Assembly: GCA_963753435.1 (NCBI GenBank)
Contig: CAVWCF010000001.1
Coordinates: 352,001-416,000 of the forward strand
Direction of reading: 5' to 3'
DNA from: an uncultured Actinomycetota bacterium
GTDB lineage: Bacteria; Actinomycetota; Actinomycetes; CAVWCF01
Length of the DNA stretch: 64,000 nt
Of this stretch, positions 62,424-64,000 are shown piece by piece. Position numbers and translations under genes: made by a program. The stretch's first letter is position 1, and every line of letters begins with the position of its first letter. Under the pieces are notes generated by a model, which saw only the letters and a list, made by a program, of their open reading frames with translations, did no database searches and was not told the origin of the DNA.

Positions 62424-63322
62424 CAACCCCGGTCGGCGTAGCGCTCGGTCGCCGGCAGCGTGTCCACGTTGATACCCACCATGGGCTCACCGAGGCTGCG
62501 GGACACCTTCGCGATGACATCCGGGTCGTCGAAGAAGGTGGTCGCCTTGACGATCGCGGCGGCCCGCGCCGCCGGATCACCGGATTTGAAGATCCCGGAA
62601 CCGACGAAAACCCCCTCCGCGCCGAGCTGCATCATCATCGCCGCATCCGCCGGCGTGGCGATGCCTCCGGCCGTGAACAGCACGACCGGCAGCCGACCGG
62701 CTTCGGCCACCTCGCGCACCAGCTCCACCGGTGCGCGCAGGTTCTTCGCGGCGCCGAACAACTCCGCCTCATCCATGGTGCCCAGGCGCTTGATGTCGGC
62801 GCGGATCTGTCGCATGTGCCGGGTGGCCTCGACCACGTTGCCCGTCCCGGCCTCCCCCTTGGAGCGGATCATGGCCGCGCCTTCGCCGATTCGCCGCAGC
62901 GCTTCGCCGAGATCGGTTGCTCCGCACACGAACGGCACGGTGAAGGGCCACTTGTCGATGTGGTGCTCTTCGTCGGCCGGGGTAAGCACCTCCGATTCGT
63001 CGACGTAGTCAACGCCAAGGCTTTGCAGGACCTGCGCTTCGACGAAGTGACCGATGCGGGCCTTGGCCATGACCGGGATGGAAACCGCCCCGATGATTCC
63101 CTCGATCATGTCCGGATCGCTCATCCGGGCAACGCCGCCCTCGACACGGATGTCGGCCGGCACCCGCTCCAGGGCCATCACGGCCACCGCGCCGGCGTCC
63201 TCTGCGATGCGGGCCTGCTCGGGGGTGACCACGTCCATGATCACACCGCCCTTGAGCATCTCGGCCATGCCGCGCTTGACCCGCGCGGTTCCGACGACTC
63301 CGCCGTTGCCTGATTCGGACAC
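62420..63322 (-). CDS. pdxS: Pyridoxal 5'-phosphate synthase lyase subunit
   Basis: [42 protein letters not shown]. Confidence 0.98.
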   Translation of the reverse strand: MSESGNGGVVGTARVKRGMAEMLKGGVIMDVVTPEQARIAEDAGAVAVMALERVPADIRVEGGVARMSDPDMIEGIIGAVSIPVMAKARIGHFVEAQVLQSLGVDYVDESEVLTPADEEHHIDKWPFTVPFVCGATDLGEALRRIGEGAAMIRSKGEAGTGNVVEATRHMRQIRADIKRLGTMDEAELFGAAKNLRAPVELVREVAEAGRLPVVLFTAGGIATPADAAMMMQLGAEGVFVGSGIFKSGDPAARAAAIVKATTFFDDPDVIAKVSRSLGEPMVGINVDTLPATERYADRGW

Positions 63323-63423
63323 CTGGCACCTCTGTTTGCCCGTTGGGAAATGTCTGCCGATTCTACGGGCCTGCGGCCAAATTGCCGTACTCCGAGAACC
63401 TCCTAGGCCCCAGACAACGGCTC

Positions 63424-63951
63424 TCAGGTGGCCGGGGGCTGGGTGTCGGCCTCGAACGGTTCCGGCCAGGCTGCGTGCCCGGCGAGCCGGAACCAGCGAA
63501 CTGAACGCGTTCGACGCAACCGTTGAGCGGCCGCCACGGCATCGTTGTGGAACCGGTGTGCGTAGACGGCGCGCTCCGCAGCCCGGTTCACCTCACGCAC
63601 CAGGGCCTCACCCACCGGGTCACCGGTCACCTCGCTGCCGACGTCGGCGTCATCGAAGATGGCGCGCAGCACCTGGGACAGGTCGCTCTCGGCCGCCGCC
63701 CGCGACGCGTCGTCGGCGTTGATGGCTTGCTGAGCGGCGTCAGCCAGGACCACGGTTGTGGCCGGGTCCAGCCGGTTGGACGCAGCCAACTCCAATGCCG
63801 CGGTCGCGCGGCGCAGTAGTTGCGCCTCCAACGCCTGCCGGGCTGCGTCCAGGCGCAAGTGCAGTCGATCCATGCGCCCGGCCCGGTTCTGCAGCAGCAG
63901 GCCGACCACCGCGACAGCGGCGAGCAGGAGCAGCCAGGCTGCGGAGTTCAC
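63424..63951 (-). CDS. Conserved actinobacterial membrane protein (LemA-like helical fold)
   Basis: N-terminal TM, R.DRLH.R...A...L...L.RR, ES.LS..L, RFHNDAV, LAG.A..P..FE; typical upstream of pdxS. Confidence 0.8.
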   Translation of the reverse strand: MNSAAWLLLLAAVAVVGLLLQNRAGRMDRLHLRLDAARQALEAQLLRRATAALELAASNRLDPATTVVLADAAQQAINADDASRAAAESDLSQVLRAIFDDADVGSEVTGDPVGEALVREVNRAAERAVYAHRFHNDAVAAAQRLRRTRSVRWFRLAGHAAWPEPFEADTQPPAT

Positions 63952-64000
63952 GAGGTGCCTCGGATCCGGCGATAGAACAGCAACGGTTGCCCCCGGGAGT

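Noticed and set aside
63948-64000. 3' end of an upstream gene (...RRIRGTS*, possibly a PimA-like glycosyltransferase by synteny)
   Set aside because: Only ~16 codons visible and no diagnostic motif
1-64000. CRISPR arrays, IS elements, rRNA
   Set aside because: No regularly spaced repeats, transposase motifs or rRNA-like sequence seen; nearly all sequence is accounted for by genes

Overview
High-GC actinomycete chromosome segment with most genes on the minus strand. Reading from the right end: pdxST, yebC, ruvCAB, yajC-secDF, apt, rel, hisS-aspS, rarA, alaS-ruvX-mltG-aroE, then aroC-aroK-aroB-aroQ-Xaa-Pro peptidase-efp-nusB, tRNA-Leu(CAA), an ANTAR regulator, a Liv-type ABC transporter, polA, rpsA, coaE and the start of uvrB. 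The main feature is a ~16 kb type IVa pilus locus between aroE and aroC (23.2-39.4 kb): pilB, pilT, pilC, two pilA paralogues, three minor pilins, pilD, pilMNO and a PilP-position gene. It is headed by a roadblock (MglB-like) / DUF4388 / small GTPase (MglA/CvnD-like) module with no sensor kinase. Six sigma-28 (WhiG/FliA)-type promoter motifs, four of them CTCAAG-N14/15-GCCGA, link the GTPase module and the pil genes. A c-di-GMP-I riboswitch precedes the major pilin, and PilB has a degenerate MshEN domain. Frameshifts in polA, livH, pilT and the minor pilins suggest an indel-prone assembly. No CRISPR array, integrase or transposase was seen. All calls are by eye; no searches were run.
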